From contig CAXXMB010000002.1 of NCBI GenBank assembly GCA_963668675.2, positions 704,001-768,000 on the forward strand: a DNA stretch of 64,000 bases, in the 5' to 3' direction. Position numbers and translations under genes: made by a program. The notes under the pieces are model-generated. The model was not told the origin of the DNA. It saw only the letters and a list, made by a program, of their open reading frames with translations, and ran no database searches. Positions 35,193-45,824 of this stretch are shown here, piece after piece; the first letter of the stretch is position 1, and every line of letters begins with the position of its first letter. Source of the DNA: an uncultured Desulfatitalea sp. GTDB taxonomy: Bacteria > Desulfobacterota > Desulfobacteria > Desulfobacterales > Desulfosarcinaceae.

Positions 35193-37312
35193 GGCTGGGC
35201 AACTTGAACGAACCGGTCTCCCTTTATCCGAAGCAGGCTGAGGCGCTTGTTGGCCTCCCCGTCGTGAGAGAATGTAGTAGGGCCGGTAACGCCCCTTGCC
35301 AGATAGATCTCCTTCATGGCATCGCGCAACTCATTGCGCATCCGTATCTCTTGCCGGGCCATCAGGGTAAAAATCAGATTAGAGGTATCAAAAGCGAACG
35401 CCTCTACCAAGCCGGGATCTTGGCCGTAAATAGATCGGTAGGTTTCGACAAATCGACGAACTTCGGCGGACGCGCTGTCGATGAAAAAACCGTCCACCAT
35501 CACCGCACTCTGGGCATACTGCCTTGACATATCGATCAGGCTTTTCGAGTGCCATAAGTTGGTCCCCACCATGTAAACGTTTTTCACATCGTGAAAGGCC
35601 AATTGGGGCAAAATCAGTCCCGTCGCCTTGGGGGCATCGGGGATAAACAGCACATCGAAATCGATAATGGCGCCATCATCCTGCTCCTCTTCTGATATGC
35701 GTCCAAGGGCCGGTCCCTTGACACGATCCTGATCCACATCCTGAAAAAAGAGGCCTGTGAGTCGAGTCACCGGATCGGGCAGCACCTCCTCCAGATGGTC
35801 GGGGGTCACCGAACGCGGACGATAATAGGGGCTGGCCTCCACCTGAACCACGGAATGCGCCTGCAGGTCCGATGGGATGTCATAGTAGGTTCCCACCAGT
35901 TTTTTGATCGTTTCGCCGAAATCGGTCTGCTTCGGATCGTATCCCTCCACACCAACGACCCGCCCGCCCTGGGTCACCACCTCCTCCCAGAAGAGATTCA
36001 TGAAGGTGGTGCCGTATGATTCGCGCGGGTACATGATGGCAAAACTGTTCAACGCCAAGTGGTGTATAAAGTAATCGATAAGGGTGCGCACCTGGTTGTG
36101 CGGAGAGATAAAGTGGCGAAATATAAAATCCCCGGACTGGGTTATTCCCGGTTTTTGTGTGAAGGTGACCATGGGGATGTTCAAGCGCTGGGCTTCGCGG
36201 GCCGCCGCAGAAGCAGTGGTGATGGGCCCGAGGATCACACCGGCTCCCTCTTGCACCAGTGACCGCACGCCCTGAATGGTGACCCCATCGTCCGAGGCGG
36301 TGTCTTTTACCACCAACCTGATGGGCAGCGCGGCCTCTCCGGTTTGAAGCAGGCTCAAAGCCATTTCAATGGCATTGAGGGCACGCCGACCGTAAATTTC
36401 ATAGGCGCCACTCAGGGGCAGCAAGCATCCCACGGTGTAAGGTTCGAAAAGAAGCTGTTGCGTGAAGTTCTGAATCAAGATCTCGGCATCCGACGCAAAT
36501 GGATGCTCAGGAAAGGCACCTCTGAAAGCACTCAATATCGCCAGTGCGTCGGTGTAGTTTTCGCGCTCCACCTCCAGAGTAGCATATCGGTACATCAGAA
36601 AACTGCGCAACTCCAGATCGGCGATGCGATCCCAAACGGCATCGATATCGTCGATATCAAGCTGTGAGATCGCCTCTTTAAGTAGAAGTTGCCACATCTC
36701 GTCTTCGGGTGGCGGAACATTTTTATAGACAAGGTTGGCATACAGGGCCACGTTGGCCGGATTTCCCGTCACCTGGTAGAGATGCACCAGCCGCTGCCAC
36801 GCATCGATTCGAATCTCCATCTCCGGGTCGGTCTCCAACACGGCAAGGCACAAATGGATCGCATCTTCGATCCGATTGCGCTTTACATAGAGATCTGCCA
36901 TCCCCAGCCGGGCGCGAGCAGCAGCCGGGCTTTGGGGAAAAAGCTCTACGGCGCGCAGATAAAACGCCTCCGCCGGGCCATCTTCACCCATCTGGGCGTA
37001 TATCTTTCCAATAAGATGCCATGCGTCGGGCGCACGGCGCCCCTGTGGATACTGACCGAGATAGTTGGTAAAAATCGATTGGGCCAGATCCAAATCCTTG
37101 TCGGCTAAGGCCGCTTCACCCTTTTGGAAGAGGATATCGCCTGCATCCAATGGCCGTTCAATGAATTCAGGCGTCTTTGCCGGTTGTGAAACGCATGCGC
37201 CAATCAACAGAACGAGAAAAATTGGCCACAGCTTTAACCACGGCTTAATCCACAGCTCCAATTGGATTGCCCTTCCAAAATGGAAATACTTCTGCTGCAC
37301 ACGCTTATCCAA
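35189..37312 (-). CDS. TPR + LppC/LpoA-like lipoprotein (penicillin-binding protein activator family)
   Basis: Lipobox IGAC, TPR repeats, VGCLLPLSG periplasmic-binding-protein fold; start uncertain. Confidence 0.8.
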   Translation of the reverse strand: MDKRVQQKYFHFGRAIQLELWIKPWLKLWPIFLVLLIGACVSQPAKTPEFIERPLDAGDILFQKGEAALADKDLDLAQSIFTNYLGQYPQGRRAPDAWHLIGKIYAQMGEDGPAEAFYLRAVELFPQSPAAARARLGMADLYVKRNRIEDAIHLCLAVLETDPEMEIRIDAWQRLVHLYQVTGNPANVALYANLVYKNVPPPEDEMWQLLLKEAISQLDIDDIDAVWDRIADLELRSFLMYRYATLEVERENYTDALAILSAFRGAFPEHPFASDAEILIQNFTQQLLFEPYTVGCLLPLSGAYEIYGRRALNAIEMALSLLQTGEAALPIRLVVKDTASDDGVTIQGVRSLVQEGAGVILGPITTASAAAREAQRLNIPMVTFTQKPGITQSGDFIFRHFISPHNQVRTLIDYFIHHLALNSFAIMYPRESYGTTFMNLFWEEVVTQGGRVVGVEGYDPKQTDFGETIKKLVGTYYDIPSDLQAHSVVQVEASPYYRPRSVTPDHLEEVLPDPVTRLTGLFFQDVDQDRVKGPALGRISEEEQDDGAIIDFDVLFIPDAPKATGLILPQLAFHDVKNVYMVGTNLWHSKSLIDMSRQYAQSAVMVDGFFIDSASAEVRRFVETYRSIYGQDPGLVEAFAFDTSNLIFTLMARQEIRMRNELRDAMKEIYLARGVTGPTTFSHDGEANKRLSLLRIKGDRFVQVAQP

Positions 37313-37554
37313 TCACTTTAAGGGGTCTTTTTCAGGGGACCAAAATACACCAATACCAAATATTGTCAAACATTTGATTGATTTTAGGGCCCTTTGAGGA
37401 GGAACCTTGACAGAATACTTTGTAAAACCATATAGTAACTGGATTATAGTGCCCGAGCAAGAGAACTCCTTTCCAAAACTGCAACCGAAACGCCTGTTGG
37501 GGCAATCAATCAACGCAGAAATGAACCGAAGCATCGATACAAAGGCGGGTAAAG

Positions 37555-38073
37555 ATGAAAAAGAGAGTGTTTATCTGTATAGCGGTATGTGGCCTTTTGG
37601 CGGTTGCGCTGCAGCATGCCGAAGCCGACTTCTATCGTTATGTCGACCAGCACGGCAATGTCCTCTACACGGACGATTTAAGCAACGTCCCGATCGAGCA
37701 GCGCGACAAGGCCCAGGCTTACATAGAGTCCAAAAGCCCAGCGCCGGCCGAAAAGGAGACGGCACCGGATGAAGTCAAAACGGCGGCCTCCCAGGCCGAG
37801 CAGTCCGCTTTGGAAAAAGAGCGCCAGCAAATCGAGTCACAGGAAAAAAAGCTGAACAGTGAATACAGCGGCCTCATGAAAGAGCGAAGCGACCTCGATG
37901 AGGAGAAACAGAGCGCCCTGACACCAGCCCAGATAAAGGCCTACAACCAGAAAATTGTAAATTTCAATACCCGCATTCAGGCATACGAAGAGAAGCGAAG
38001 CCTTTACGCCGATCAGGTCAAATCGTTCAACGAGCGCGTAAAAGCGCAACAGAAAGAATCCCAGAGCCAATAA
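37555..38073 (+). CDS. DUF4124-domain exported protein with coiled coil
   Basis: Signal peptide then YRYVDQHGNVLYTD. Confidence 0.8.
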   Translation: MKKRVFICIAVCGLLAVALQHAEADFYRYVDQHGNVLYTDDLSNVPIEQRDKAQAYIESKSPAPAEKETAPDEVKTAASQAEQSALEKERQQIESQEKKLNSEYSGLMKERSDLDEEKQSALTPAQIKAYNQKIVNFNTRIQAYEEKRSLYADQVKSFNERVKAQQKESQSQ

Positions 38074-38085
38074 GGAGGTGAACGC

Positions 38086-39372
38086 ATGTCGACCATTGCC
38101 CAATCCGATTTCAAAAAGGCATTAGATGTAGGCCGCCCCCCAAACATCAAATCTCTCTTTCCCAACTCCAGCGCCCTGATTGTCAGCGGAAAATATATCG
38201 ACCTTGCCATGCTGGCCAAAGGAAAAAGCATCTGCATGGCGGCCAACGGTCGCAGCACATTCGTCATTCGCGGGGCATTGCGAGCCGCCCAGCGGGCAAA
38301 CTCCGCACTCATCATTGAAATTGCCAAATCTGAAGGCGGTGTGGACGCCTATTGTGCGATCAACTACTGGAACATTGCCAGGACGGTAGATGCGCTATGC
38401 AATGAAATGGGGATCACCATTCCGGTCGCTATTCACGCCGATCACTATGGAATAAAAAACAGACAGGATATTGATACGGCCAAAACCGAAGTACCGTCCA
38501 TGTTTGATGCAGGAATCACCTCCATTGCCATTGACGCCTCCCACATGCCGGACGCCGATAACCTTCTGGCCAGTCTCGAGATCAGCCCCTCTATCCCCGA
38601 CTGGGCGGGCCTTGAAACAGAGGTCGGTGAAATAAAAGGAAAAGAGGGGCTATCGACCAAAGAGGAGGCCCTCTTTCTGATCCAGGGACTCAATGCCCAT
38701 GGCATCTTTCCAAACTGGATTGCCCTGAACAATGGTACCACCCACGGTATCGAAGCGAGCGGTCAGGGGATTCAGGTCGAACTGACAGCCGATATTCATA
38801 GGGCATTGACACCATACAATGTATCAGGGGCCCAACACGGCACATCGGGAAACAGCTCCGATCGGTTGCGCAAGATCGCACAACAGACGCGTACCACCAA
38901 AGCCAATGTGGCCACTGCGCTGCAGATGATCTCCTGGGGTCTCGAAGTCAACGACTACGGCAACGCCATTCTGGATGAAAAAGGTGACTTTATAAAGGTC
39001 AAGGAGCAGGGCGTTACCGAGGAGATATGGGCCCAGATGGTGGCCTATGCCCAATCCAAGGAGTGGAAGAGCGGCAATTTCAAAAAGCTCAACCTGCCCT
39101 TCGAAAGCAGGCTGTTGTCACAGCCCAAAGCGGTTCGAGAACGCATGGCGGACAGGGTCGAACAATTCGTCTATAACATGCTGATAAATGTCCTCAACGC
39201 CAAGGACACAGCACCCTTGGCCGTTGCCGAGATCCTGAAGGCCGGAAGCCACGATCCCGGTCCGAAGGGTCAGCGCATCGACAACCCGGATGACTGGACC
39301 CCCGATAAAATCGTCGCGAGGGCCAAAACCATTGATTCCAACAAGGGCCCCGAGGGCGACTTTGACGATTGA
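38086..39372 (+). CDS. fba: Class II fructose-bisphosphate aldolase
   Basis: HADH, IDASH, ETEVGEI, NGTTHG, AQHGTSG, KANVAT; RBS AAGGAGGT. Confidence 0.9.
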   Translation: MSTIAQSDFKKALDVGRPPNIKSLFPNSSALIVSGKYIDLAMLAKGKSICMAANGRSTFVIRGALRAAQRANSALIIEIAKSEGGVDAYCAINYWNIARTVDALCNEMGITIPVAIHADHYGIKNRQDIDTAKTEVPSMFDAGITSIAIDASHMPDADNLLASLEISPSIPDWAGLETEVGEIKGKEGLSTKEEALFLIQGLNAHGIFPNWIALNNGTTHGIEASGQGIQVELTADIHRALTPYNVSGAQHGTSGNSSDRLRKIAQQTRTTKANVATALQMISWGLEVNDYGNAILDEKGDFIKVKEQGVTEEIWAQMVAYAQSKEWKSGNFKKLNLPFESRLLSQPKAVRERMADRVEQFVYNMLINVLNAKDTAPLAVAEILKAGSHDPGPKGQRIDNPDDWTPDKIVARAKTIDSNKGPEGDFDD

Positions 39373-39393
39373 TCCAAGCAGACAACCGCAACT

Positions 39394-39428
39394 AAAAAAC
39401 GGGGTACGAGCGACGTGCCCCGTTTTTG
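39394..39428 (+). terminator. Intrinsic terminator after fba
   Basis: AAAAACGGGG...CCCCGTTTTT. Confidence 0.75.
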
Positions 39429-39517
39429 AATTCTCTGTAACTTCAGGGTTTCTTATATTTATTTCGCTTTAAATTCAAAATATTGAAATCTTTTTACCCC
39501 CCCTACTTATTTTTTTC

Positions 39518-39544
39518 TCAAGTCCCTCACGGTAATGCCGATAA
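39518..39544 (+). promoter_or_regulatory. sigma28 (FliA) promoter
   Basis: TCAAG-N14-GCCGATAA. Confidence 0.8.
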
Positions 39545-39565
39545 CTATGCCGGAGGGACCCCAAA

Positions 39566-39970
39566 ATGTATATACACAGCTATCAGATTCACAATGTGCT
39601 CAACGTGTATCGGAAACAGTTAAGCCAAGGCCCGGGCGCCAAAGCGGCGCAGTCGTCGCTCAAGGCGCCCACCCAGGACCGTGTGGAGATATCGGCCAAT
39701 TCGCAGCGAGAAAAACTCATGGACCAGGTCTCCACCGAAATTGTGGACCGGATTGCCCAGTACAATCCTCAGAATCAATTCGAAGAGATGGTGGCCCGGC
39801 AGATGGATCAACCCACAGTCAACGCGTCAGCCGGTTCTGTTAAAAGAGAGGTTGAATTTACCTACACGGCCATTGATGAGAACAATCGGAAATCGACCAA
39901 CTCCTTGCCGATCCAGCGCTTCAGCCCGCTGATCGGCCCGGAGGCAAACACGTCTGAAGAGGCTGCGTGA
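39566..39970 (+). CDS. DVU0524-like (FlgM-associated) protein
   Basis: MYIHSYQIHNVLNVYRKQL and DRVEIS motif; sigma28 promoter. Confidence 0.7.
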   Translation: MYIHSYQIHNVLNVYRKQLSQGPGAKAAQSSLKAPTQDRVEISANSQREKLMDQVSTEIVDRIAQYNPQNQFEEMVARQMDQPTVNASAGSVKREVEFTYTAIDENNRKSTNSLPIQRFSPLIGPEANTSEEAA

Positions 39971-40073
39971 AGCACTGAACAAGAGGGTGTAAGAGCGGCG
40001 TTAGGATAAAAGGTGGCTCAAGGCGGCATGCAGAAAGCATTGGCGCCCAAGTGGTCCAGAAAGGAGAATCGTC

Positions 40074-40364
40074 ATGATTGATAGCATCAACGAGGGACCG
40101 TTAAGAGCGGTCACAAAAATCGATCCCGGCGGTGCAATTCAAGGCAGGGAGCACAGTCAGCAGCAGGCGGCGGAAATCCGCCAGGTCAGACCGGTCGAAA
40201 ATTCGGAGGCCGGCAGCAAGCCAAATGCCAAAGACGATCAGAAGAAAGACCAAAGCAAATATGTGGTCGAAGACAACACGCTGGTTTTTGAAAAATATAA
40301 CCAGAAAGGCGATTTGATCTACCGGCTGCCGCCGGATTACAAACCGGTTGATGAACGCGTCTGA
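40074..40364 (+). CDS. Small FlaG-like protein
   Basis: RBS AAGGAG; C-terminal KGDLIYRLPP resembles the FlaG GEVIRQIPP motif. Confidence 0.55.
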   Translation: MIDSINEGPLRAVTKIDPGGAIQGREHSQQQAAEIRQVRPVENSEAGSKPNAKDDQKKDQSKYVVEDNTLVFEKYNQKGDLIYRLPPDYKPVDERV

Positions 40365-40419
40365 CCCAGTACCGCCCCCGCCCCCCCGCTTTTCCCCGCA
40401 AGGATAGGAGGCCACGCCT

Positions 40420-41247
40420 CTAATCCGCCCTCTTCACAGCCGCCCACAATAGCTCCATCTCCTGCCTGGGCACATCGCTGATTGATCTGCCCTGCTCCGT
40501 TGCCATTGCCTCCATCTTCTTGAATCTTTTAATAAATTTCAAAGTAGATTGTGAAAGCGCACTCTCGGGATGAATTCCGACCAGACGGGCCACATTGATC
40601 ATTGTAAAGAGAACGTCACCGAACTCCATCTGCGCCCGGTCCAGATCGCCGGAGGCCTCCTGGGACAGAAAACGCAGCTCCTCCTTGAACTCCTGCCACT
40701 CCGACTCGGTCTGGGCCACCACCCCTTCAACGGAATCCCAATCGAACCCAGTACCGGCCGCCCGTTCAGAGATGCGATAGGCGCGCATGAGGGCCGGTAG
40801 TCCCGAGGGTACCGAATCGAGAATCGAATTCATGGGCGTTCCTTCGTTTTGCCTCTTCTCCTGAGCCTTGATCTGGCGCCAACGCTCCTTGACCTGGCCG
40901 GCGCTCTCCACCTTGTCGGTGCCGAACACATGGGGATGGCGATGAATCATTTTGGCCAGATTGCGGCCCAACACCTCGGTGAGTGAAAAACGCCCCTCCT
41001 GTTGGTAGAGAACCATCAGAAAAAAAATCTGGAACAGGGCGTCGCCCATCTCTTCCATGATCTCGGCAGTGTCGTCGGCCTCGATGGCTTCGACCAGTTC
41101 GAAAACCTCTTCGATCAGATAGACCGCCATGCTTTTGGGAGTCTGTTTGCGGTCCCACGGGCAGCCATTCTCACCCCGCAGGGTTGCGATCAATTCGAGC
41201 ACAGCAGCGAATGTGGGAGCAGGAGTCACGTCTTTTTGCGTTGCCAC
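40420..41247 (-). CDS. mazG: Nucleoside triphosphate pyrophosphohydrolase
   Basis: GCPWDRKQT, EEMGD, RHPHVF, GFDW, EFGD. Confidence 0.95.
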   Translation of the reverse strand: MATQKDVTPAPTFAAVLELIATLRGENGCPWDRKQTPKSMAVYLIEEVFELVEAIEADDTAEIMEEMGDALFQIFFLMVLYQQEGRFSLTEVLGRNLAKMIHRHPHVFGTDKVESAGQVKERWRQIKAQEKRQNEGTPMNSILDSVPSGLPALMRAYRISERAAGTGFDWDSVEGVVAQTESEWQEFKEELRFLSQEASGDLDRAQMEFGDVLFTMINVARLVGIHPESALSQSTLKFIKRFKKMEAMATEQGRSISDVPRQEMELLWAAVKRAD

Positions 41248-41756
41248 GACTGTTTCAGTTCCTTCAAATGGTCTTTAAATAGTTTCTTCATATCCACGGA
41301 GGCCACCCGGACCATGGTGGCGCTGATGACCATCGTGTGGCGTGCGATGAGAGAGTCTTTTAAAATGGCACTGTTCTTGGGCAGAAAGGCCGTCAACATG
41401 ACCACGATGACCGATACGATCAAAACGCCCTTGAGCGTTCCGAAAATCAGACCGCAGATGCGGTCGGTCCATCCCAGAAAAACGATATTCATCAAATATT
41501 TAATCAGCACGCCGGCAATACTGATGGTGATATAGATTCCTATGAAGAGGATCAGGCAGGCGAGAATATTGGCATATCCCGTATCGGCAATCCAACGTTT
41601 GAGAAATTTTGCGATCAGTGGATAGTAGCTGTAGGCGGCATAAAAGCCGGACACCACGCCTATAATCGATGAGAGCTCCTTGATCAACCCCCTGAAAATA
41701 CCACGGATCAAGCAGAAACCGATGATCGTTGCCAAAACAATATCCAGCAGATTCAC
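41226..41756 (-). CDS. cvpA: CvpA family membrane protein
   Basis: RGLIKE, DRICGLIFG; 4 TM segments. Confidence 0.9.
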   Translation of the reverse strand: MNLLDIVLATIIGFCLIRGIFRGLIKELSSIIGVVSGFYAAYSYYPLIAKFLKRWIADTGYANILACLILFIGIYITISIAGVLIKYLMNIVFLGWTDRICGLIFGTLKGVLIVSVIVVMLTAFLPKNSAILKDSLIARHTMVISATMVRVASVDMKKLFKDHLKELKQSWQRKKT

Positions 41757-42024
41757 AGCTCACCTTAAGGACATGGTTCGTTGGATGGAATCAACGGCAG
41801 CACCGATGATTTGCGAAAGGGCAGAAGCTAACAGAGGCCATGGCATAGGTCAAGTGGCTTGCACTCAAAAGAGATGGCCGACCATCTGGCGCCGGAGAGG
41901 GAAAAATTGAAATGCTGTTTGCATTCGTCAATGAAGTTTTATATTCTTTGAATTTCTGCCGATCACAGATTGGCGAATCGTTACGTCGAAATAGGTACAA
42001 AAGGAGCAAGCCTGCACCAGGCGG

Positions 42025-43050
42025 ATGATGAGTCCCTCAGACTACCAAACCAAGATCACTTTCAGCGATGTGGAGCTGTCGCGACAACTGTTTGGCGAAC
42101 ATAACGGCCATTTGCAGCGCATTGCCGAGGCCCTCTCCATCACGATTCAGGCCCGCGGCAATACCACCCATCTGCAGGGTGATGAGATATCCGTTCGATT
42201 GGCCCAGAACCTGATGACCCAGCTCTATGGCCTGCTCAAAGAGCGTTACCCGATCTATGCCAACGATATCGACTACGCCATCCGCATGCTCAGCGCCGAT
42301 GATCGGGCCAAACTGAAAGATATTTTTCTCGATACGGTTTACATCACGGCCAAAAAACTGGCCATCACACCCAAAAGCAGGGCTCAAAAAGAGTATATCG
42401 ATGCCATTCGCCAGCATGACATCGTATTCGGCATCGGGCCGGCCGGCACCGGCAAGACCTATCTGGCCATGGCCATGGCCGTGGCATCCCTCAGCAAAGG
42501 GCAGGTGAGCAGAATCATCCTCACCCGACCGGCTGTCGAAGCAGGCGAGGCCTTGGGGTTTCTGCCTGGAGACCTGGCGGATAAGGTCGACCCCTACCTG
42601 CGGCCGCTTTATGACGCCCTCCACGACATGATGCGTTTTGAAAAGGTAACCAGCCTGATGCAGCAAGGGGTGATCGAAGTGGCACCCATTGCCTTTATGC
42701 GCGGTCGTACGTTAAACGACTCGTTCGTTATATTGGACGAAGCGCAAAACACAACGTCGGAACAGATGAAGATGTTTCTGACACGAATCGGATTCAGTTC
42801 CAAAGCAGTCATTACCGGCGATATCACTCAAATCGATCTCCCCCCCCACAAGACATCGGGGCTGATCGAGGCCAAGGATATTCTTGCCGATATCGGGGGC
42901 ATTGAATTGGTCTTCTTCTCCCAGCGCGATGTGGTGCGCCATCGCCTGGTACAGGAAATCATTCAAGCCTATGAATCGGCATCGCATAAAAAAGCGGTTG
43001 AGGCCAACGCGCTGCAACACCAGACCGCCGAACCGGTTTCCGACAGATAG
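42025..43050 (+). CDS. phoH: PhoH family ATPase
   Basis: GPAGTGKT, RPAVEAGE, FMRGRT, DEAQN, GDITQIDLP. Confidence 0.96.
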   Translation: MMSPSDYQTKITFSDVELSRQLFGEHNGHLQRIAEALSITIQARGNTTHLQGDEISVRLAQNLMTQLYGLLKERYPIYANDIDYAIRMLSADDRAKLKDIFLDTVYITAKKLAITPKSRAQKEYIDAIRQHDIVFGIGPAGTGKTYLAMAMAVASLSKGQVSRIILTRPAVEAGEALGFLPGDLADKVDPYLRPLYDALHDMMRFEKVTSLMQQGVIEVAPIAFMRGRTLNDSFVILDEAQNTTSEQMKMFLTRIGFSSKAVITGDITQIDLPPHKTSGLIEAKDILADIGGIELVFFSQRDVVRHRLVQEIIQAYESASHKKAVEANALQHQTAEPVSDR

Positions 43051-43064
43051 TGTGACGCTTTGCC

Positions 43065-45482
43065 ATGAAGGCCGACAACAAACGCAAAAAAATCTATCCC
43101 GATATTCTGGAAAAGCGGCTCAAGTGGCTGACGCTGGCCTTGGTGACGGCTGTATTTCTTTTCCTGCTGGCCCCCAACCTCGTCCTTCAACCCCACACAT
43201 ACGAGCTTGGCGATATCGCCGAGCACGATATCAAAGCCCCCCGCGATTTCTTCGTAGAGGACCGCGCCGCCACAGATGCAAACCAGCAGAACGCCATCGA
43301 ACAGATATTGACGGTCTATGACCACGATCCAAGGATTGCCAGCCAACTTGCCGAAAAAGTAAATGGCGCCTTTAAACGCATGCGTGAGACGTTGATGGTG
43401 CAGGAGGAGACCCGGACTTCTTTGCCCGACGCCAACGCCACCGAAGTGCAGGCGCCGGTTGACACAGCGGCCGAAGAGCGTCAGAAGGTTGAAAATGCCA
43501 TCATGGCCCAAAAAGAGACCTTCGAGAACATGCTTGGCATCAAGGTGAGCCGCGGGGCATTTCGCCTGCTGATCAACGAATCCTTTGCGCCCGCCATTGC
43601 GGAGACCATCGTGCGCATCATCACCGAAATCCTGAGCAATGGCATCGTTGCCAACAAAGAACTTCTACTCAATGAGGCCGAAAAAGGCATTATCTTGCGC
43701 GACGTGGCCTCCCAGAAGGAGAAGACAGTCTACTCGCTTCGGCAGTACTACGGACCGGACCAGGCCAAAACAATGGTGCGCATTGTTGCCGAACCTCTGG
43801 TCAAAGAGTTCAACTACAACGCGATCAACCTGATCGTCGACTTCAGCCAGCGACTGCTGCCCCCCAATATCTCTTTGAATCGAAACGAAACCGAAAAGCG
43901 CAAAAAGCGGGCCCTGGACGACATCAAGCCGATTCTGTATAAGATCAAAGCCGGAGAAATGCTGCTACGCGAAGGCGAGCGGGTCTCTTCGGTACAACTG
44001 CTTAAGCTGCACGCTCTGGATGACCAGCACGAAGACAAACGCATTCTGACCACCGGTCTGGGTGCGGCTGTTATTCTCATCACCCTTGTTTTCGTTTTGC
44101 ACATCCTCTACTTTCATCAACCTCGCCACACACGGCTCAACACGACAAAAAATCTCTTCTTCATGGCACTGGTGCTGATCGTGGTGATGGTGATGGTGAA
44201 GATCGGCGGCGTCATCGCCGCGTCGCAAATCCTCGACTCTCTCTTCTCCATTCCGAGCACCGCCATCGTTTATGCGATCCCCGTATCAGCCGGCAGCATG
44301 CTGGTCTGCCTCGTGCTGGGATTTGAGATCGCCATCCCGTTCGGCCTGGTATCTGCCGTTTGCGCCAGCCTGCTGATCGGCAGCCGGGTCGACATATTTC
44401 TATACTTTGTCATCCCCAATGCCATGGCTGCCTACTGGGTACAACGCTGCCGGGAACGCAAGGTCGTCATCGCCGCCGGCACCAAAGTGGGGCTGCTCAA
44501 CGTTCTTCTGGCGCTGTCGTTTGGCGTCTACAACTCGAGTTACAGCGGCAACGTACTGCTGTGGGACGGTCTGCTGGCCTTTATCGGCGGCATCAGCGCC
44601 GGCATCGTCACCCTGGGCATCGCGCCCCTGGTGGAGATGGCCTTTCGCTTCACGACGGACATCACCCTGCTTGAGCTGGCCAACCTGGACCGCCCTATCC
44701 TGAGGCGTCTGATGATCGAGGCACCGGGGACCTACCACCACTCGGTCATCGTTGGCTCGCTGGTGGAAGCCGCGGCCACGGAGATCGGCGCCAATCCCCT
44801 GCTGGCCAAAGTATGCGGGTACTATCATGATATCGGCAAGGTAAAAAAGCCGCTCTACTTCATCGAGAACCAAACCAATGGCCGCAACAAACACGACAAA
44901 CTGGCCCCATCCATGTCCAGCCTGATCCTGATTGCCCATGTCAAGGACGGTATCGAAATCGCCCAGAAGCACAAACTGGGGCCGATGATCAGCGATACGA
45001 TCCAGCAGCACCACGGCACCAGCCTGATCCATTACTTCTATGAAAAGGCCAAGCAACTCAAGGGGGACGATGCCGTCAAGATCGACGACTTCCGCTACCC
45101 GGGCCCCAAACCCCAGACCAAAGAGGTGGGCCTGGTCATGCTGGCCGACGTGGTCGAAGCCGCATCGCGCACCCTGGAAAACCCCACCCCAGCCAGGATT
45201 CAGGGACTGGTGCAGCACCTGATCAACAAGGTGTTTTCCGACGGCCAGCTCGACAATTGCGAACTGACGCTCAAAGACTTGCACAGCATCGCCAAAAGCT
45301 TTAATAAAATACTGTACGGCATACACCATCATCGCATCGAATATGCCGATTCCGGCGCCAGAGAGGGCGGCAAGGTAAAAAATGGCAGTACTGATCGACA
45401 ATCAACAGGAAAAACATCCAATCGAGATCCAAACCGTCCAAAAGAGAGCCCAGGCCATCTTAAACGCCTTGGGTTGTCCTGA
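43065..45482 (+). CDS. 7TM-HD family phosphohydrolase (PgpH-like)
   Basis: Extracytoplasmic domain, 7 TM, APGTYHHS, YHDIGK, HHGT, MLADVVEAA. Confidence 0.92.
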   Translation: MKADNKRKKIYPDILEKRLKWLTLALVTAVFLFLLAPNLVLQPHTYELGDIAEHDIKAPRDFFVEDRAATDANQQNAIEQILTVYDHDPRIASQLAEKVNGAFKRMRETLMVQEETRTSLPDANATEVQAPVDTAAEERQKVENAIMAQKETFENMLGIKVSRGAFRLLINESFAPAIAETIVRIITEILSNGIVANKELLLNEAEKGIILRDVASQKEKTVYSLRQYYGPDQAKTMVRIVAEPLVKEFNYNAINLIVDFSQRLLPPNISLNRNETEKRKKRALDDIKPILYKIKAGEMLLREGERVSSVQLLKLHALDDQHEDKRILTTGLGAAVILITLVFVLHILYFHQPRHTRLNTTKNLFFMALVLIVVMVMVKIGGVIAASQILDSLFSIPSTAIVYAIPVSAGSMLVCLVLGFEIAIPFGLVSAVCASLLIGSRVDIFLYFVIPNAMAAYWVQRCRERKVVIAAGTKVGLLNVLLALSFGVYNSSYSGNVLLWDGLLAFIGGISAGIVTLGIAPLVEMAFRFTTDITLLELANLDRPILRRLMIEAPGTYHHSVIVGSLVEAAATEIGANPLLAKVCGYYHDIGKVKKPLYFIENQTNGRNKHDKLAPSMSSLILIAHVKDGIEIAQKHKLGPMISDTIQQHHGTSLIHYFYEKAKQLKGDDAVKIDDFRYPGPKPQTKEVGLVMLADVVEAASRTLENPTPARIQGLVQHLINKVFSDGQLDNCELTLKDLHSIAKSFNKILYGIHHHRIEYADSGAREGGKVKNGSTDRQSTGKTSNRDPNRPKESPGHLKRLGLS

Positions 45483-45822
45483 TGGAGAACTGTCGCTGTT
45501 GCTGGTAGATGATCCTTACATCGCCCGGCTCAACGAGATGTATCTGCAACGCCAAGGCCCCACCAATGTCATCGCCTTTCCCATGCGAGAGGGTGAGCAT
45601 GGCGATATTCATCCGGAGCTTTTGGGAGACGTTGTCATCTCCATGGACACCTGCGCCAAAGAGGGGCAACTGGCCGGCTGCGACACCGAAACGCGTTTCT
45701 ACGAACTGATGGTACACGGCATATTGCATCTGTTCGGGTACGACCATATCGATTCGGAAAAGGACGCAGACGTAATGGAAGTCAAGAGCCGTGAAATGCT
45801 ATTGCTGATCAAGGAGGAATAG
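45382..45822 (+). CDS. ybeY: rRNA maturation RNase YbeY
   Basis: PTNVIAF, LGDVVIS, HGILHLFGYDH. Confidence 0.93.
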   Translation: MAVLIDNQQEKHPIEIQTVQKRAQAILNALGCPDGELSLLLVDDPYIARLNEMYLQRQGPTNVIAFPMREGEHGDIHPELLGDVVISMDTCAKEGQLAGCDTETRFYELMVHGILHLFGYDHIDSEKDADVMEVKSREMLLLIKEE

Positions 45823-45824
45823 AT

